The notes under the pieces were generated by a model, which was not told the origin of the DNA, searched no databases, and was given only the letters and a program-made list of their open reading frames with translations. A DNA stretch of 64,000 nucleotides, taken from contig CANRJO010000001.1 in assembly GCA_947630965.1 (NCBI GenBank), forward strand, positions 5,988-69,987, in the 5' to 3' direction. Origin of the DNA: an uncultured Alphaproteobacteria bacterium (lineage in GTDB: Bacteria > Pseudomonadota > Alphaproteobacteria > RF32 > CAG-239). The stretch's first letter is position 1, and every line of letters begins with the position of its first letter. Position numbers and translations under genes: made by a program. Positions 10,679-20,405 of this stretch are shown piece by piece.

Positions 10679-11735
10679 GATTATGTCCTTTAATAGTCTT
10701 TCCGCGAATAACGCCTGAAACGCGTTGATCAGTTTTTTCGCCTTTCAACACGCGACTGACAGAAGTTTTAAGGTTTGTAATAGCACGCTCGCCCGTAATA
10801 ATATTGCCATCTTGCATAATACGAACATGTCCGTGAAGTTCCATATCATCTTTTTGCGGCAAATAGAGCCCGTAATCACCTACAGCGGTGCCGTCTGGCG
10901 TATCGATTCGCACGTTACCGAACGATTCGGCTTTTTCAATCTCTTGTGTGGAGCCCTCTTTAAGGTAAGCAATCATTTTATCGGCGTAAAGCGTGTTAGG
11001 ATTTTCCAAAAGTTTCACATTTCCCTCGGCTTCCACGCGGTTTTCGTTTTGATAATAGCGCACTTCTTTATCAGCCCAAAGCGTGCGATCGCCGCTTACA
11101 ATTTTGGAGCGCCCCAAGAGGGTAAGCAGATTTTGGTTTTTATCATATTGAAAGCCATCTGCCCAAAGTTTACCCCAAGAGCCATAGGCATAAACTTTTT
11201 CATGCCCTTCACCGAAAGATTTTTTGAAATCATAAAGTGCTTCTTGGGTTAAAACGGTTGTATCTTGATCATAGACGGCCTTAACATTATCCACAGCTTT
11301 GAAAGTGCTTTTAATTTGGTCATAATAGCCAATTTTCGCATCGGCGTACACCATTTTATTGTCTTGCGCGGGAATTTCCCCTTTCGGGTTCACAAGTTTC
11401 ATCACCTGCGAGCCAGCTTCCGTTTCATCAATAGTATCAGCGGTAAGCGTGCTGATTTCATTATTTTCATCTGTCACCGAAAAGACGGTTTGTTCCATAT
11501 GGAGTTTTTCTAGCTCGCCTTTTTTGGGCAGTGTTACATCTAAAGTAGGGATAACGGCATTTTCTTTAAGGCTTGGCCAAATTAAGATACAGCCAATAAG
11601 AAGTGCCGCGGCAGAGGGCAACACAAGTTTAATAAAACGCAAAACTTTAACCCGGCCTGAAACAGCCACATTATCATGGGAAACCAAAGGTTTCTCACCG
11701 TTAAAAAAGGAGTCAATTTTGCGGTAATTAACCAA
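10668..11735 (-). CDS. LptC/LptA-like OstA-fold protein, an apparent fusion of a membrane-anchored LptC module and an LptA module
   Basis: 355 aa. N-terminal TM anchor (LVLPSAAALLIGCILIWP). Two successive OstA-like beta-jellyroll segments, the second with an LptA-like pattern (LYADKMIAY...GNVRIDTPDGT...GHVRIMQDGNIITGERA). Confidence 0.6.
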   Translation of the reverse strand: MVNYRKIDSFFNGEKPLVSHDNVAVSGRVKVLRFIKLVLPSAAALLIGCILIWPSLKENAVIPTLDVTLPKKGELEKLHMEQTVFSVTDENNEISTLTADTIDETEAGSQVMKLVNPKGEIPAQDNKMVYADAKIGYYDQIKSTFKAVDNVKAVYDQDTTVLTQEALYDFKKSFGEGHEKVYAYGSWGKLWADGFQYDKNQNLLTLLGRSKIVSGDRTLWADKEVRYYQNENRVEAEGNVKLLENPNTLYADKMIAYLKEGSTQEIEKAESFGNVRIDTPDGTAVGDYGLYLPQKDDMELHGHVRIMQDGNIITGERAITNLKTSVSRVLKGEKTDQRVSGVIRGKTIKGHNHEK

Positions 11736-11736
11736 A

Positions 11737-12732
11737 TTATGCAGCTCCGATTCTCAAACAATCATGAATATGAATAACACCGATTGGTTTTTTGTCTTCC
11801 ACCACAAAAAGGTTGGTAATGCCATGCCCCGTATTGTTCATCACATTCACAGCTTCAACAGCCAAGACATCCGGTGCAATGGTTTTAGGATTTTTCGTCA
11901 TGACTTTTGAAACCTTTTCCGAAATAAGGTTGGGCGACATCCAACGGCGCAAATCGCCATCTGTGATAATGCCGGTTAAGTTGCCGTCTTTATCAACAAT
12001 ACCGACACAACCGAGCATTTTGGAAGACATCGTGATAAGCGCATCTTGCATAATGGCATCTTCATGAATGAGGGGTATTTCATCACCGGTATGCATCACA
12101 TCGGAAACTTTGCGCAAAATAGCGCCGAGTTTTCCGCCCGGATGCCGTTGTTTATAATCTAATTCTGAAAATCCTTTGCGTTCCATCAGATCGATTGCCA
12201 AAATATCGCCCATCACGAGCGTTGCCGTTGTGGAAGAAGTTGGCGCCAAGCCAAGCGGGCAAGCTTCGGCATGGTTCGGAAGCTTCAAAACCAGATCGCT
12301 GTTTTTGCCGAGCGAACTTTGCGGATTTTTCGTAATGGCAATCAAGGGAATGCGGTAACGTTTGCAATAAGTCAGAATATCAGAAAGTTCTTTAGATTCG
12401 CCACCGTTAGAAATAGCAATGACAACATCATCTTCAGTGAGCATGCCCAAATCGCCATGGCTTGCTTCTCCGGGATGAATAAAGAAAGAGGGGGTGCCCG
12501 TAGAAGCTAACGTGGCGGCAATCTTGCGACCGATATGCCCAGATTTCCCCATGCCGGTCACAATAATCCGACCTTTGCAATTTTGCATCAGATCCAATGC
12601 TTTTGTTAAGTTCTCATCAAGAGCGCCGCTCATTTCTTGTAAAGCTTCAATTTCTAGATTAATGGCTCGTTTAGCAGCAACAATATCCTGATTCTCCCTC
12701 ATAAAAGTCTCCTTAAAGTTTGAAAAACACAT
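11737..12732 (-). CDS. kdsD: Arabinose-5-phosphate isomerase (KpsF/KdsD; SIS + tandem CBS domains)
   Basis: SIS domain GMGKSGHIGRKIAATLASTGT followed by two CBS domains. Located next to the lpt genes. Confidence 0.85.
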   Translation of the reverse strand: MCFSNFKETFMRENQDIVAAKRAINLEIEALQEMSGALDENLTKALDLMQNCKGRIIVTGMGKSGHIGRKIAATLASTGTPSFFIHPGEASHGDLGMLTEDDVVIAISNGGESKELSDILTYCKRYRIPLIAITKNPQSSLGKNSDLVLKLPNHAEACPLGLAPTSSTTATLVMGDILAIDLMERKGFSELDYKQRHPGGKLGAILRKVSDVMHTGDEIPLIHEDAIMQDALITMSSKMLGCVGIVDKDGNLTGIITDGDLRRWMSPNLISEKVSKVMTKNPKTIAPDVLAVEAVNVMNNTGHGITNLFVVEDKKPIGVIHIHDCLRIGAA

Positions 12733-12798
12733 AAAACAAAGCTATCTTTTTTTCTTTAAAAAAGCAAGATTTTTCTCTTTTTTATACATAAATTATGC

Positions 12799-13251
12799 TT
12801 ATTTTTCGTGCCAGGAGCCCTGATTATCCTGTTGCCAATAATGCAGCTCAAAGCCGGCAGATTTCAAAAGTTTCCAAAAAGTGCGAGCGGCATCAAGCGA
12901 TTCGGGATTGGTGCCGTCAAAAATGTTAAAAACACGTTCAAAAAGAGAAAGTTTATCAGGTTCATCCATGGCACCATCCACCAAAAACAGGAGGGTGGCG
13001 TTGTTGGGGTTGTCATCCGTTTCGGAAAGAAAAATAGGTTGGAGAGCCGTAGCACCGTCTTTTTTAGACCCATGAGGCAAAAAGCTTTCGTCTTGATAAG
13101 TCCAAAGGTGCATGTTCAAAAACTCAACGCGCTCTTCATTGCCCACTTTTATCTTGATTTTTTGATGTGTGCCGTAAGCTTTTTCAAGAAGTTTGGGCAA
13201 AACATCTTCAAGCGTATTTTTTTGGAGATGGTAAAAATCAATCCGCGTCAT
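12799..13251 (-). CDS. holC: DNA polymerase III chi subunit
   Basis: MTRIDFYHL...LLEKAY matches the HolC N-terminus. Start set at M12. Overlaps the degP 3' end by about 14 nt. Confidence 0.7.
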   Translation of the reverse strand: MTRIDFYHLQKNTLEDVLPKLLEKAYGTHQKIKIKVGNEERVEFLNMHLWTYQDESFLPHGSKKDGATALQPIFLSETDDNPNNATLLFLVDGAMDEPDKLSLFERVFNIFDGTNPESLDAARTFWKLLKSAGFELHYWQQDNQGSWHEK

Positions 13252-14545
13252 TACTTTTGGCCTTTGAAAAAAGTTCCACGGCATAAGGCTCTGAAGTCTT
13301 CACATTTTGGAGCTCAAGCTGAAGAGGCGCTTGCCCTGAGGCGGCTTCCTCAAGATAAAGCTTCAAATCATTCGGCTCGTTAAGTTTTTCGCCATTCACT
13401 TTAAGGACAATATCGCCTGATTCAATACCTTTTTGAGCGGCGGGGCTCTCAGGCTGAACGGCGACCACGGCATTGCCATCGGTCATCATGCCGGCGGCAT
13501 TAAAGGTGTTGTTTTCCTCAATGAGCGGAATAGCCACTTCTTGCGCTTCTTTTTTTTCTGTTTTTTCAAACATATAGGTTTTCACGTCTTGGAAGAAAGT
13601 TTCGCCGTTACGCAAAATAGCAAGCTTAAAAGTTGTGCCCGCGGGGCTGAGCGTAATTTTCTTCAAAAAGTCGCGTTCGGAAGGGATTTTTTCGCCATTG
13701 ACTTCAAGAATAACATCGCCCGCTTGGAGATTGTTTTCAGGGGCAATGTTTTCATTTTCAAGCGCAATAACGGTTAAATCAGAACCGTTTCGCATGCCGA
13801 AAGTAGCACCCAAGGTGGAGCGCAAAATTTTTCCGTCTGTTTTAAGATGTTCCAAAATTTCTTTTGAATCCGAGGCTGATAGGGCAAAACTAACGCCTTG
13901 GAAGCCGCCGTTGGTTGTAAGCAAGGCATTATGAATACCAATAACTTCACCTGCCGTATTAAAGAGAGGACCGCCAGAATAACCGGGGGCTAAAACCGCA
14001 TCTGTTTGGAAATATTCCTCATAGGCGTTATCCCGAAAACGGCGCGATTTCCCTGAAACAATGCCGGCACTGACACTGTTGCCGAGTCCGAAAGGGTTAC
14101 CAACGGCCAAGACCCAATCCCCAAGGCGTACATCGTCGGCTTGCCCGAACACAACAGGCGTGAGAGACGTGCTCGTCTTAATTTTCAAAACCGCCAAATC
14201 AAAAAGCGCGTCTTGCCCGATAATTTGCGCCGGATATGTTTCTCCGTTATATAAAGTAACGGAAATTTCGCTTGTTTTATCAATCACATGAGCGCAAGTG
14301 GCAATATAGCCATCAGTATCTAATATAAAGCCTGAGCCCAAAGCCGTTTGCCCGTCAGAGCCGTCAAAGAGAAGACCATTCACGGTTTCGGGGTTGTCCT
14401 GTGCAGGATCAATCTGCGCCGAGATATTAACGGCTGAGAGCAAAACGCGTTCGGCAAGGGGGGCAAAAGAAGCCGGCTGAGCCGCCGCGTTTAAAGCAAA
14501 AGAACTTAAAAAAAGACCACAAATAAAAAGTTTTAGTTTCATCAT
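13238..14545 (-). CDS. degP: Periplasmic serine endoprotease DegP/HtrA (trypsin-like domain + 2 PDZ)
   Basis: Signal peptide. Catalytic His in the TCAHV context, DLAVLKI, GYSGGPLFN. Two PDZ domains. Sits downstream of hflKC. Confidence 0.88.
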   Translation of the reverse strand: MMKLKLFICGLFLSSFALNAAAQPASFAPLAERVLLSAVNISAQIDPAQDNPETVNGLLFDGSDGQTALGSGFILDTDGYIATCAHVIDKTSEISVTLYNGETYPAQIIGQDALFDLAVLKIKTSTSLTPVVFGQADDVRLGDWVLAVGNPFGLGNSVSAGIVSGKSRRFRDNAYEEYFQTDAVLAPGYSGGPLFNTAGEVIGIHNALLTTNGGFQGVSFALSASDSKEILEHLKTDGKILRSTLGATFGMRNGSDLTVIALENENIAPENNLQAGDVILEVNGEKIPSERDFLKKITLSPAGTTFKLAILRNGETFFQDVKTYMFEKTEKKEAQEVAIPLIEENNTFNAAGMMTDGNAVVAVQPESPAAQKGIESGDIVLKVNGEKLNEPNDLKLYLEEAASGQAPLQLELQNVKTSEPYAVELFSKAKSNDAD

Positions 14546-14546
14546 A

Positions 14547-15410
14547 TTAGTTCAGACTACGATTAAAATATTTGAAAAATTCAGTTTCAGGTGAAAGCAC
14601 CATGGAGTTTTGTTTACGCCCAAGCGCTTTCCGATAAGCCTCCAACGAGCGATAAAAAGCATAAAAAGCCGGGTCAAGATTGGCAGCATTGTTCCAAATG
14701 GCGGTGGCTTCTTTATCGCCTTCACCGCGGAGCTGTTGCGCTTGTTTCTCTGCTTCGGCAATGATGATGGTGCGCTCTTTATCAGCCGTTGCGCGGATTT
14801 GCTGCGCAGCTTGCTGACCTTGCGCGCGGAATTCTTTAGCCTCGCGGTCACGCTCTGATTTCATACGGTCATTAATCGCTTGCAAAACTTCCAAGGGCAA
14901 ATCGGCGCGCCGAATACGAACTTCCGCCACATCAACGCCGATTTGTGCGGCGTCTTTTTTAACGGCGGTGGAAATATCCGACATAATCTGCTTACGTTTT
15001 TGCGACAAAAGCTCTTGGAGTGTCACGCGCCCCAAAACCTTACGCACGGACGAATTCACAATTTCCTCCAACTTGCTTCTAGCTTGTGTTTCGGTCCGAA
15101 CGGTCTGATAAAACTTCAACGGATCCACAATCCGATAACGCGTAAAACTATCCACATCCAAACGTTTTTTATCATTTAAAATCACTTCCTGCGCCGGCGG
15201 ATCCAAATTAAGCAGACGCTTGTCATAAAAAACAGCGTTTTGGATGAAGGGAACTTTAAGCTTAAGCCCGGGCTCCTTCACCACACGCATTGGCTCGCCG
15301 AATTGCAAAATCAGCGCTTGTTCGGGCTGGCGCACAACATAAACACTGCCTAAAAACAAACAGAGAACAACAAACACAACAAAGACCAAACCGTAACGTA
15401 CTTTTAACAT
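14547..15410 (-). CDS. hflC: Protease modulator HflC (SPFH domain)
   Basis: 287 aa. N-terminal TM, SPFH/band-7 domain. Follows hflK. Confidence 0.88.
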   Translation of the reverse strand: MLKVRYGLVFVVFVVLCLFLGSVYVVRQPEQALILQFGEPMRVVKEPGLKLKVPFIQNAVFYDKRLLNLDPPAQEVILNDKKRLDVDSFTRYRIVDPLKFYQTVRTETQARSKLEEIVNSSVRKVLGRVTLQELLSQKRKQIMSDISTAVKKDAAQIGVDVAEVRIRRADLPLEVLQAINDRMKSERDREAKEFRAQGQQAAQQIRATADKERTIIIAEAEKQAQQLRGEGDKEATAIWNNAANLDPAFYAFYRSLEAYRKALGRKQNSMVLSPETEFFKYFNRSLN

Positions 15411-15412
15411 GC

Positions 15413-16504
15413 TTATTCTCCTTTGTTCAGTTGCATCAAGGGCAAGACATTGCCACCTTTGGCGGACGGATCCAAAATAACGGTGTTTGATTTTGACATC
15501 ACATCTTCCAATGTTTCCAGATAAAGGCGTTTGGAGGTCACATTTTTGCCTTGTTGATAAGCTTGTAAAACCAAATTAAAGCGCTCAGCCTCGCCTTTAG
15601 CTTTATTGATAACGGCTTCTTTGTAAGCTTCCGCGTCTTTCACACGCTTCACGGCCTCACCTTTAGCTTTCGGCAAAACCTCATTGCGGTAAGCCTCCGC
15701 CTCGTTCTTAAAACGCTCCATATCAGCCTTGGCGCGCTGAACTTCGTTAAAGGCGTCAACCACTTGCTTAGGCGGATCGGCTTTTTGGAGTTTCACACGC
15801 ACAATCTGAATGCCGGCGCCGAAATCATCCAAAACACGTTGCAATTCTTCTTTTGTTTCATCTTCAACCTCGCCTCTGTCGCCAGTGATAATAGGTTGCA
15901 TTTCGGATTGTCCCACAATCTCGCGCAAAACGGACTGCGCTGCCACGCGCACGGTCACATCCGGGCTTCTGACATTAAACAAATAATCTTTGGCGTCTTT
16001 CACTTTCCACACAACGGTGAGATTAATGTCCACAATGTTTTCATCGCCCGTGAGCATGTGACTTTCCGTAAAGGGATTAAGCGCCACGCTAGCGTTGTTG
16101 GCATTCATGTAGCGCGAGGTGTTTTCGCTTGTCTCCGAAACGCCCAAATTAATACTGCGCTCTTGTGTGACATTCACTTTCAAAACTTCCTCAATCGGAT
16201 ACGGCAGATGATAATGCAAACCGGCATCGGTTGTATCCACATATTTACCAAAGCGCAAAACAACGCCTTGTTCGGAAGGCGAGACCTGATAAAACCCAGA
16301 AGCAAGCCAAAGGGCAAAAACGGCGAAAGCCGCCCATTTCCACGGAAATTTCAGATTATTTTTAATATCTTGTCCGCTTATGGTTTTAAACGGATTTTGC
16401 TTATGCTTACGCACAGCCTCGCCGCCTTCAAAAGGTTGTGGCGGAAGGTCTGTTTCCCAAGGGTTGTTTTTCTGAGTCATTTCAAACTTCCTCAACATTA
16501 ACAC
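15413..16504 (-). CDS. hflK: Protease modulator HflK (SPFH domain)
   Basis: 363 aa. TM followed by an SPFH domain and a coiled-coil tail. hflK-hflC-degP order. Confidence 0.88.
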   Translation of the reverse strand: MLMLRKFEMTQKNNPWETDLPPQPFEGGEAVRKHKQNPFKTISGQDIKNNLKFPWKWAAFAVFALWLASGFYQVSPSEQGVVLRFGKYVDTTDAGLHYHLPYPIEEVLKVNVTQERSINLGVSETSENTSRYMNANNASVALNPFTESHMLTGDENIVDINLTVVWKVKDAKDYLFNVRSPDVTVRVAAQSVLREIVGQSEMQPIITGDRGEVEDETKEELQRVLDDFGAGIQIVRVKLQKADPPKQVVDAFNEVQRAKADMERFKNEAEAYRNEVLPKAKGEAVKRVKDAEAYKEAVINKAKGEAERFNLVLQAYQQGKNVTSKRLYLETLEDVMSKSNTVILDPSAKGGNVLPLMQLNKGE

Positions 16505-16569
16505 TGTTTATAAGATAATATAAAGCGGTGCTAAAAACAATTATACTAAAAATTCTATCCACACCGCGC

Positions 16570-16600
16570 ACAAAAAAGGCGCCACACGGGCGCCCTTTGA
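16570..16600 (-). terminator. Rho-independent terminator downstream of the BI-1 family gene
   Basis: The minus strand reads CAAAGGGCGCC-CGTGT-GGCGCCTTTTTT, a GC stem followed by a T-run. Confidence 0.6.
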
Positions 16601-16611
16601 AAAAAAAAGCA

Positions 16612-17340
16612 TTAGCGCCTGTCGCCCATAATACGGAGCAAATTCAAGAATAGGTTGATAAAATCCATATAAAGCGAGAGTGCGCCGGCAACGGCTTTGC
16701 GCGTTAAGGTGTTTTCACCGTCCGCCGACATATAGAAGTTGCGGATAGCTTGCGTATCATAAGCCGTTAAGCCCACAAACACGGCAACCGAAATGTATGA
16801 AAGCGCATAATAAAGCCCTGGACTTTTCAGGAAAATATTGACAATGCTTGCAATAATAAGCCCCCAAAGCCCCATCATTAAAAACGAGCCCATACCGGTT
16901 AAATCGCGCTTGGTGGTATAGCCGTAAAGGCTCATGGCGCCGAAAGTCCCCGCCGTAATGAGAAACACACGCACCATACTGGCTGCAGTATAAAGCATTA
17001 AAACCGGTGTAATGGAAGCCCCCATCAAAGCACAAAATGCCCAAAAAACGGCTTGTACCTGTGTGGTCGTCCCTTTAAGAATAACCCAATTAAAAACAAA
17101 AACCATAATCAGAGGCGAGAGGAACATCAGCCATCCGAAACCGGAAAGCGAGACCGATTGCATGGCATTGTCCACATTGAAAAACAAATTAATCAGCGAT
17201 GTGTTAAGCACCAACCATGCTGCCAAAGCGGTCATGCAAAGCCCGCCGGCCATATAGTTATAAACCTTAATCATAAAAGCGCGCAAGCCCTCATCAATTT
17301 GAGCTTTAGCATTACTTGAAACATAAGATCTTGTTTCCAT
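16612..17340 (-). CDS. Bax inhibitor-1 / YccA family membrane protein
   Basis: 242 aa, 7 TM. BI-1/YccA family spacing and motifs. Confidence 0.8.
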   Translation of the reverse strand: METRSYVSSNAKAQIDEGLRAFMIKVYNYMAGGLCMTALAAWLVLNTSLINLFFNVDNAMQSVSLSGFGWLMFLSPLIMVFVFNWVILKGTTTQVQAVFWAFCALMGASITPVLMLYTAASMVRVFLITAGTFGAMSLYGYTTKRDLTGMGSFLMMGLWGLIIASIVNIFLKSPGLYYALSYISVAVFVGLTAYDTQAIRNFYMSADGENTLTRKAVAGALSLYMDFINLFLNLLRIMGDRR

Positions 17341-17413
17341 GATATTCTCCTTTAAAATGTTCTGTCGATAATATAGAATTTTTTTTCTTAAAAATCAATA
17401 AATATATTGTTTT

Positions 17414-17866
17414 TTATTGAGCTGTCGGTGATACCGCTTTCATGATGGCATCATAATTTTGCTGAAGCTCTTGTTGATGATTTTTTAGATCTGCTTCCAA
17501 CTGTGAAAAATCAGGCAGATCAGGTTCTTCCATCATTTCCTTTTCATCGCCGAAAGATATAAACGTAATAAACAGCATGCTGAAAATGAATGAAACAACA
17601 AACATCAGAAAATAGCCAATCATCGTTTGTACGGTGCTTTTCCAATCCACCTGAAGACCGCCCGCAAAATAAGTGCGCCTGAAAAAATTAACATAAAGCA
17701 CGGTTATAAAAAACATCAGAAGATAAAGATGATAATTTGTATAAAGCGCGTGCAATTGCTCATCGCTTAAAGTTCCCATGGCAATAAAGCCGAAGAGAAT
17801 CCCAAGCAAAACCATCGGGTTAAAAATGATACCCGTGCGAAAAAGTGCCAAAATACCCTTAATCAT
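17414..17866 (-). CDS. Hypothetical membrane protein
   Basis: Start set at MIKGIL after an AAGGAG RBS. 4 TM and an acidic C-terminal tail. Confidence 0.4.
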   Translation of the reverse strand: MIKGILALFRTGIIFNPMVLLGILFGFIAMGTLSDEQLHALYTNYHLYLLMFFITVLYVNFFRRTYFAGGLQVDWKSTVQTMIGYFLMFVVSFIFSMLFITFISFGDEKEMMEEPDLPDFSQLEADLKNHQQELQQNYDAIMKAVSPTAQ

Positions 17867-17921
17867 TGTTTCATCTCCTTTAAAGATGCACAAATGATAG
17901 AAAAGTTAAGTAAAAAAAACT

Positions 17922-19274
17922 TTAAGGTTGCTGAAATTTTTGAACGGCGGCAAGCAAATCTTTCGCTGTTTGAGAAACCAAAGCGGCATCTTCGCCCTCA
18001 ACTCTAATTTTAACAACAGGCTCCGTGCCCGATTTCCTCACAATCACCGATCCTTGCCCCGCCATTTTTTGGGAGGCTGCGTCAAGAGCATTTTGCACGC
18101 TCGATTCGTTTAAAGCATCGGCAGCTTGTTGCGGCGTTTTGAAACGCACGTTGCTGATTTCGCAGGGACATTTTTCGAACAGGGGAAAAATATCGCTCAT
18201 TTTTTTGCCGCTTTTTTGCAAGCCGTAACAAATCACAAGCGCTGTTAAAAGCGCATCGCCCGTTTTAGCATAATCCGAAAGCACCATGTGCCCCGATTCC
18301 TCACCACCGATATTAACGCCCGTTTCTTTCATTTTTTCAATCACATAACGTTCTCCAACGGGTGTGCGATAAAATTGAAGCCCGAGTTTGTTCAAATATT
18401 TTTCAAGCCCCAAATTAGACCACACGGTCGCCACCGCGGCGTTACCTTTCAAAAGCCCTTGTTTTTGAAAGTAGGTGGCAAGAAAAGCAATAATCTGGTC
18501 GCCATCGATTCGCACGCCGTTTTCATCACAAATAATGATACGATCTCCATCGCCGTCAACGGCAATGCCCAAATGCGCATGGCTATCTCGCACAACCTGC
18601 TGCATTTTTTCGGTGTGCTGCGAACCACAATCTTGGTTGATGTTGCGCCCGTCAGGCGTATTGGAAAGCGTGAGGATACCTGCGCCCAAGGACTTAAAAA
18701 CCTGAGGCATAATTTCATAAAACGCGCCGTTGGCACAATCCAATACCACGCGCAAACCCTTCAAAGCATCAGCATTTGGCGCTGTTGAAAGGGCATTTTG
18801 AATGTAGTTTGCTTTGCATTGCATTTCATAAGAAACGCGCCCGATTCGCTCCGAATCTACCTTAAAAACCTCATCACTTAACAAAAGCTTTTCAATCTCA
18901 GCTGTTTCAGTATCGGAAAATTTATCGCCTTTGGCATTGATGAGCTTAATGCCGTTGTCTTGGTAAGGGTTGTGAGAAGCGGTAATCATGACTGACATAT
19001 CAACATCAAGCTTTTCGGTTTGTGCTGTAAGTAAGGGGGTAGGCACCACGCCACACAAACAAACATCAACGCCTTGCGCACAAAAGCCGGCAGTTAAAGC
19101 GGCTTCAAGCATATCGCACGAAAGGCGCGTATCTTTACCGATAGCCACTTTGTGCTTTTGAGTGCACACCAAACGGCTTAAAGCCTGCGCCAACCGAAAA
19201 GAAAATTCGGCAGTCATGGGGTAGGTGTTGGCAATGCCGCGTACACCATCAGTTCCAAAAAGTTTATGAGACAT
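17922..19274 (-). CDS. glmM: Phosphoglucosamine mutase
   Basis: 450 aa. Active-site TASHNP, plus the GDGDRII and GEESGH motifs. Confidence 0.9.
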   Translation of the reverse strand: MSHKLFGTDGVRGIANTYPMTAEFSFRLAQALSRLVCTQKHKVAIGKDTRLSCDMLEAALTAGFCAQGVDVCLCGVVPTPLLTAQTEKLDVDMSVMITASHNPYQDNGIKLINAKGDKFSDTETAEIEKLLLSDEVFKVDSERIGRVSYEMQCKANYIQNALSTAPNADALKGLRVVLDCANGAFYEIMPQVFKSLGAGILTLSNTPDGRNINQDCGSQHTEKMQQVVRDSHAHLGIAVDGDGDRIIICDENGVRIDGDQIIAFLATYFQKQGLLKGNAAVATVWSNLGLEKYLNKLGLQFYRTPVGERYVIEKMKETGVNIGGEESGHMVLSDYAKTGDALLTALVICYGLQKSGKKMSDIFPLFEKCPCEISNVRFKTPQQAADALNESSVQNALDAASQKMAGQGSVIVRKSGTEPVVKIRVEGEDAALVSQTAKDLLAAVQKFQQP

Positions 19275-19286
19275 GAAGTTCCTCCT

Positions 19287-19937
19287 TTAAGATGCCCGTT
19301 TCAAAATTTCTGCCACGGGGCGGTAAGTTTTGCGATGCTCGGGACAAACACCAAAGTTTTGAAGCCCTTCTATATGAGCTTTTGTGCCGTAACCCGCATT
19401 TTTTTCAAACCCATAATGAGGATATTGTTCAGCCAGATGGCACATCAGGCGGTCGCGGTAAACTTTGGCAACAATGGAAGCCGCTGCCACGGATAAAGAC
19501 TTGCCATCGCCGCCGATAATGGTTTGCACAGGGCAGGGAAAGCCAACGGGTGTTCGGTTGCCATCAACAAGGGCAAAATCCGGCTGTCGCGAAAGTTTTT
19601 CAACCGCGCGGCGCATGGCCAAAAAAGTAGCTTGCAAAATATTGAGCGTATCAATCTCTTGAGCCGAAGCCTCGCCAATGCCATATAAAACATTGCCTTT
19701 TTGAGCTTCTTCCGTCAAAAGCATGAAAAGTTCCTCGCGTTTTTTTGGGGAAAGTTTTTTAGAATCATTGAGTGTCGATAACAGATAAGCATTGCAATTT
19801 CTGTTCAAAAAAACAACGGCAGCGGCCACAACAGGTCCCGCCCATGGACCGCGTCCGGCTTCGTCCACGCCCGCAACAACACCGTTGTATTTATTTTCAA
19901 AGTCAAAGTCCGGCATAAGTTCCCTCACAAATAACAT
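19287..19937 (-). CDS. rnhB: Ribonuclease HII
   Basis: GVDEAGRGPWAGPVVAAAV N-terminal signature and RNase HII fold motifs. Confidence 0.9.
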   Translation of the reverse strand: MLFVRELMPDFDFENKYNGVVAGVDEAGRGPWAGPVVAAAVVFLNRNCNAYLLSTLNDSKKLSPKKREELFMLLTEEAQKGNVLYGIGEASAQEIDTLNILQATFLAMRRAVEKLSRQPDFALVDGNRTPVGFPCPVQTIIGGDGKSLSVAAASIVAKVYRDRLMCHLAEQYPHYGFEKNAGYGTKAHIEGLQNFGVCPEHRKTYRPVAEILKRAS

Positions 19938-19981
19938 ATGCCAGAATATAACCGAACAAGAAAATAGGCAAGCTTTATTTA

Positions 19982-20293
19982 CTAGTTGCGGACAATCGGC
20001 AGCCCCTCATAATCAGCTTCAATAATGCCGCCAATCACAACCGCCACATTTTTATACCCGTTTTTTTCAAACATCTGCGCCGCTTGGGAAGAGCGCCCGC
20101 CCGAAGAACAGATAATATTAATGGTTTGCTCACCCGTTAAATGGTGATCTTGAATAAAAATTTCGGGTCTTAATGTTTTAAGAGGTTGAAAAATATGAGG
20201 AAACGCTAAACTTTCTTTTTGATATTCGTCTTCATCACGCACATCAAGAATAAGCGAATTTTGAGTTAAATCTTTTGGTTTTATAAAGCGCAT
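19982..20293 (-). CDS. Single-domain rhodanese (sulfurtransferase)
   Basis: Start moved to MRFIKP after an AAGGAGGG RBS. Active-site loop CSSGGRS. Confidence 0.7.
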   Translation of the reverse strand: MRFIKPKDLTQNSLILDVRDEDEYQKESLAFPHIFQPLKTLRPEIFIQDHHLTGEQTINIICSSGGRSSQAAQMFEKNGYKNVAVVIGGIIEADYEGLPIVRN

Positions 20294-20354
20294 TTGACCC
20301 TCCTTTTTTAAGAAGATATAATTTGCGCGCACGGCATTTAAATCAAACCAAAGT

Positions 20355-20387
20355 ATAAAAAAACGGCGGCTAAGTAAGCCACCGTTT
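20355..20387 (-). terminator. Rho-independent terminator after the lipoprotein gene
   Basis: The minus strand reads AAACGGTGGCTTACTTAGCCGCCGTTTTTTTAT, a stem followed by a T-run. Confidence 0.55.
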
Positions 20388-20405
20388 AAGGAAGATAAGA
20401 TAATC

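Noticed and set aside
10725-11252. Long antisense ORFs inside the LptC/LptA-like gene (10725-11252), hflK (15764-16501), mscK-like (37039-37827), asd-like (39269-39793), holC/degP (12808-13383), glmM (18288-18788) and the AsmA-like gene (33389-33868)
   Set aside because: All lie opposite well-supported genes. They have low-complexity or hydrophobic junk translations and no start-signal support.
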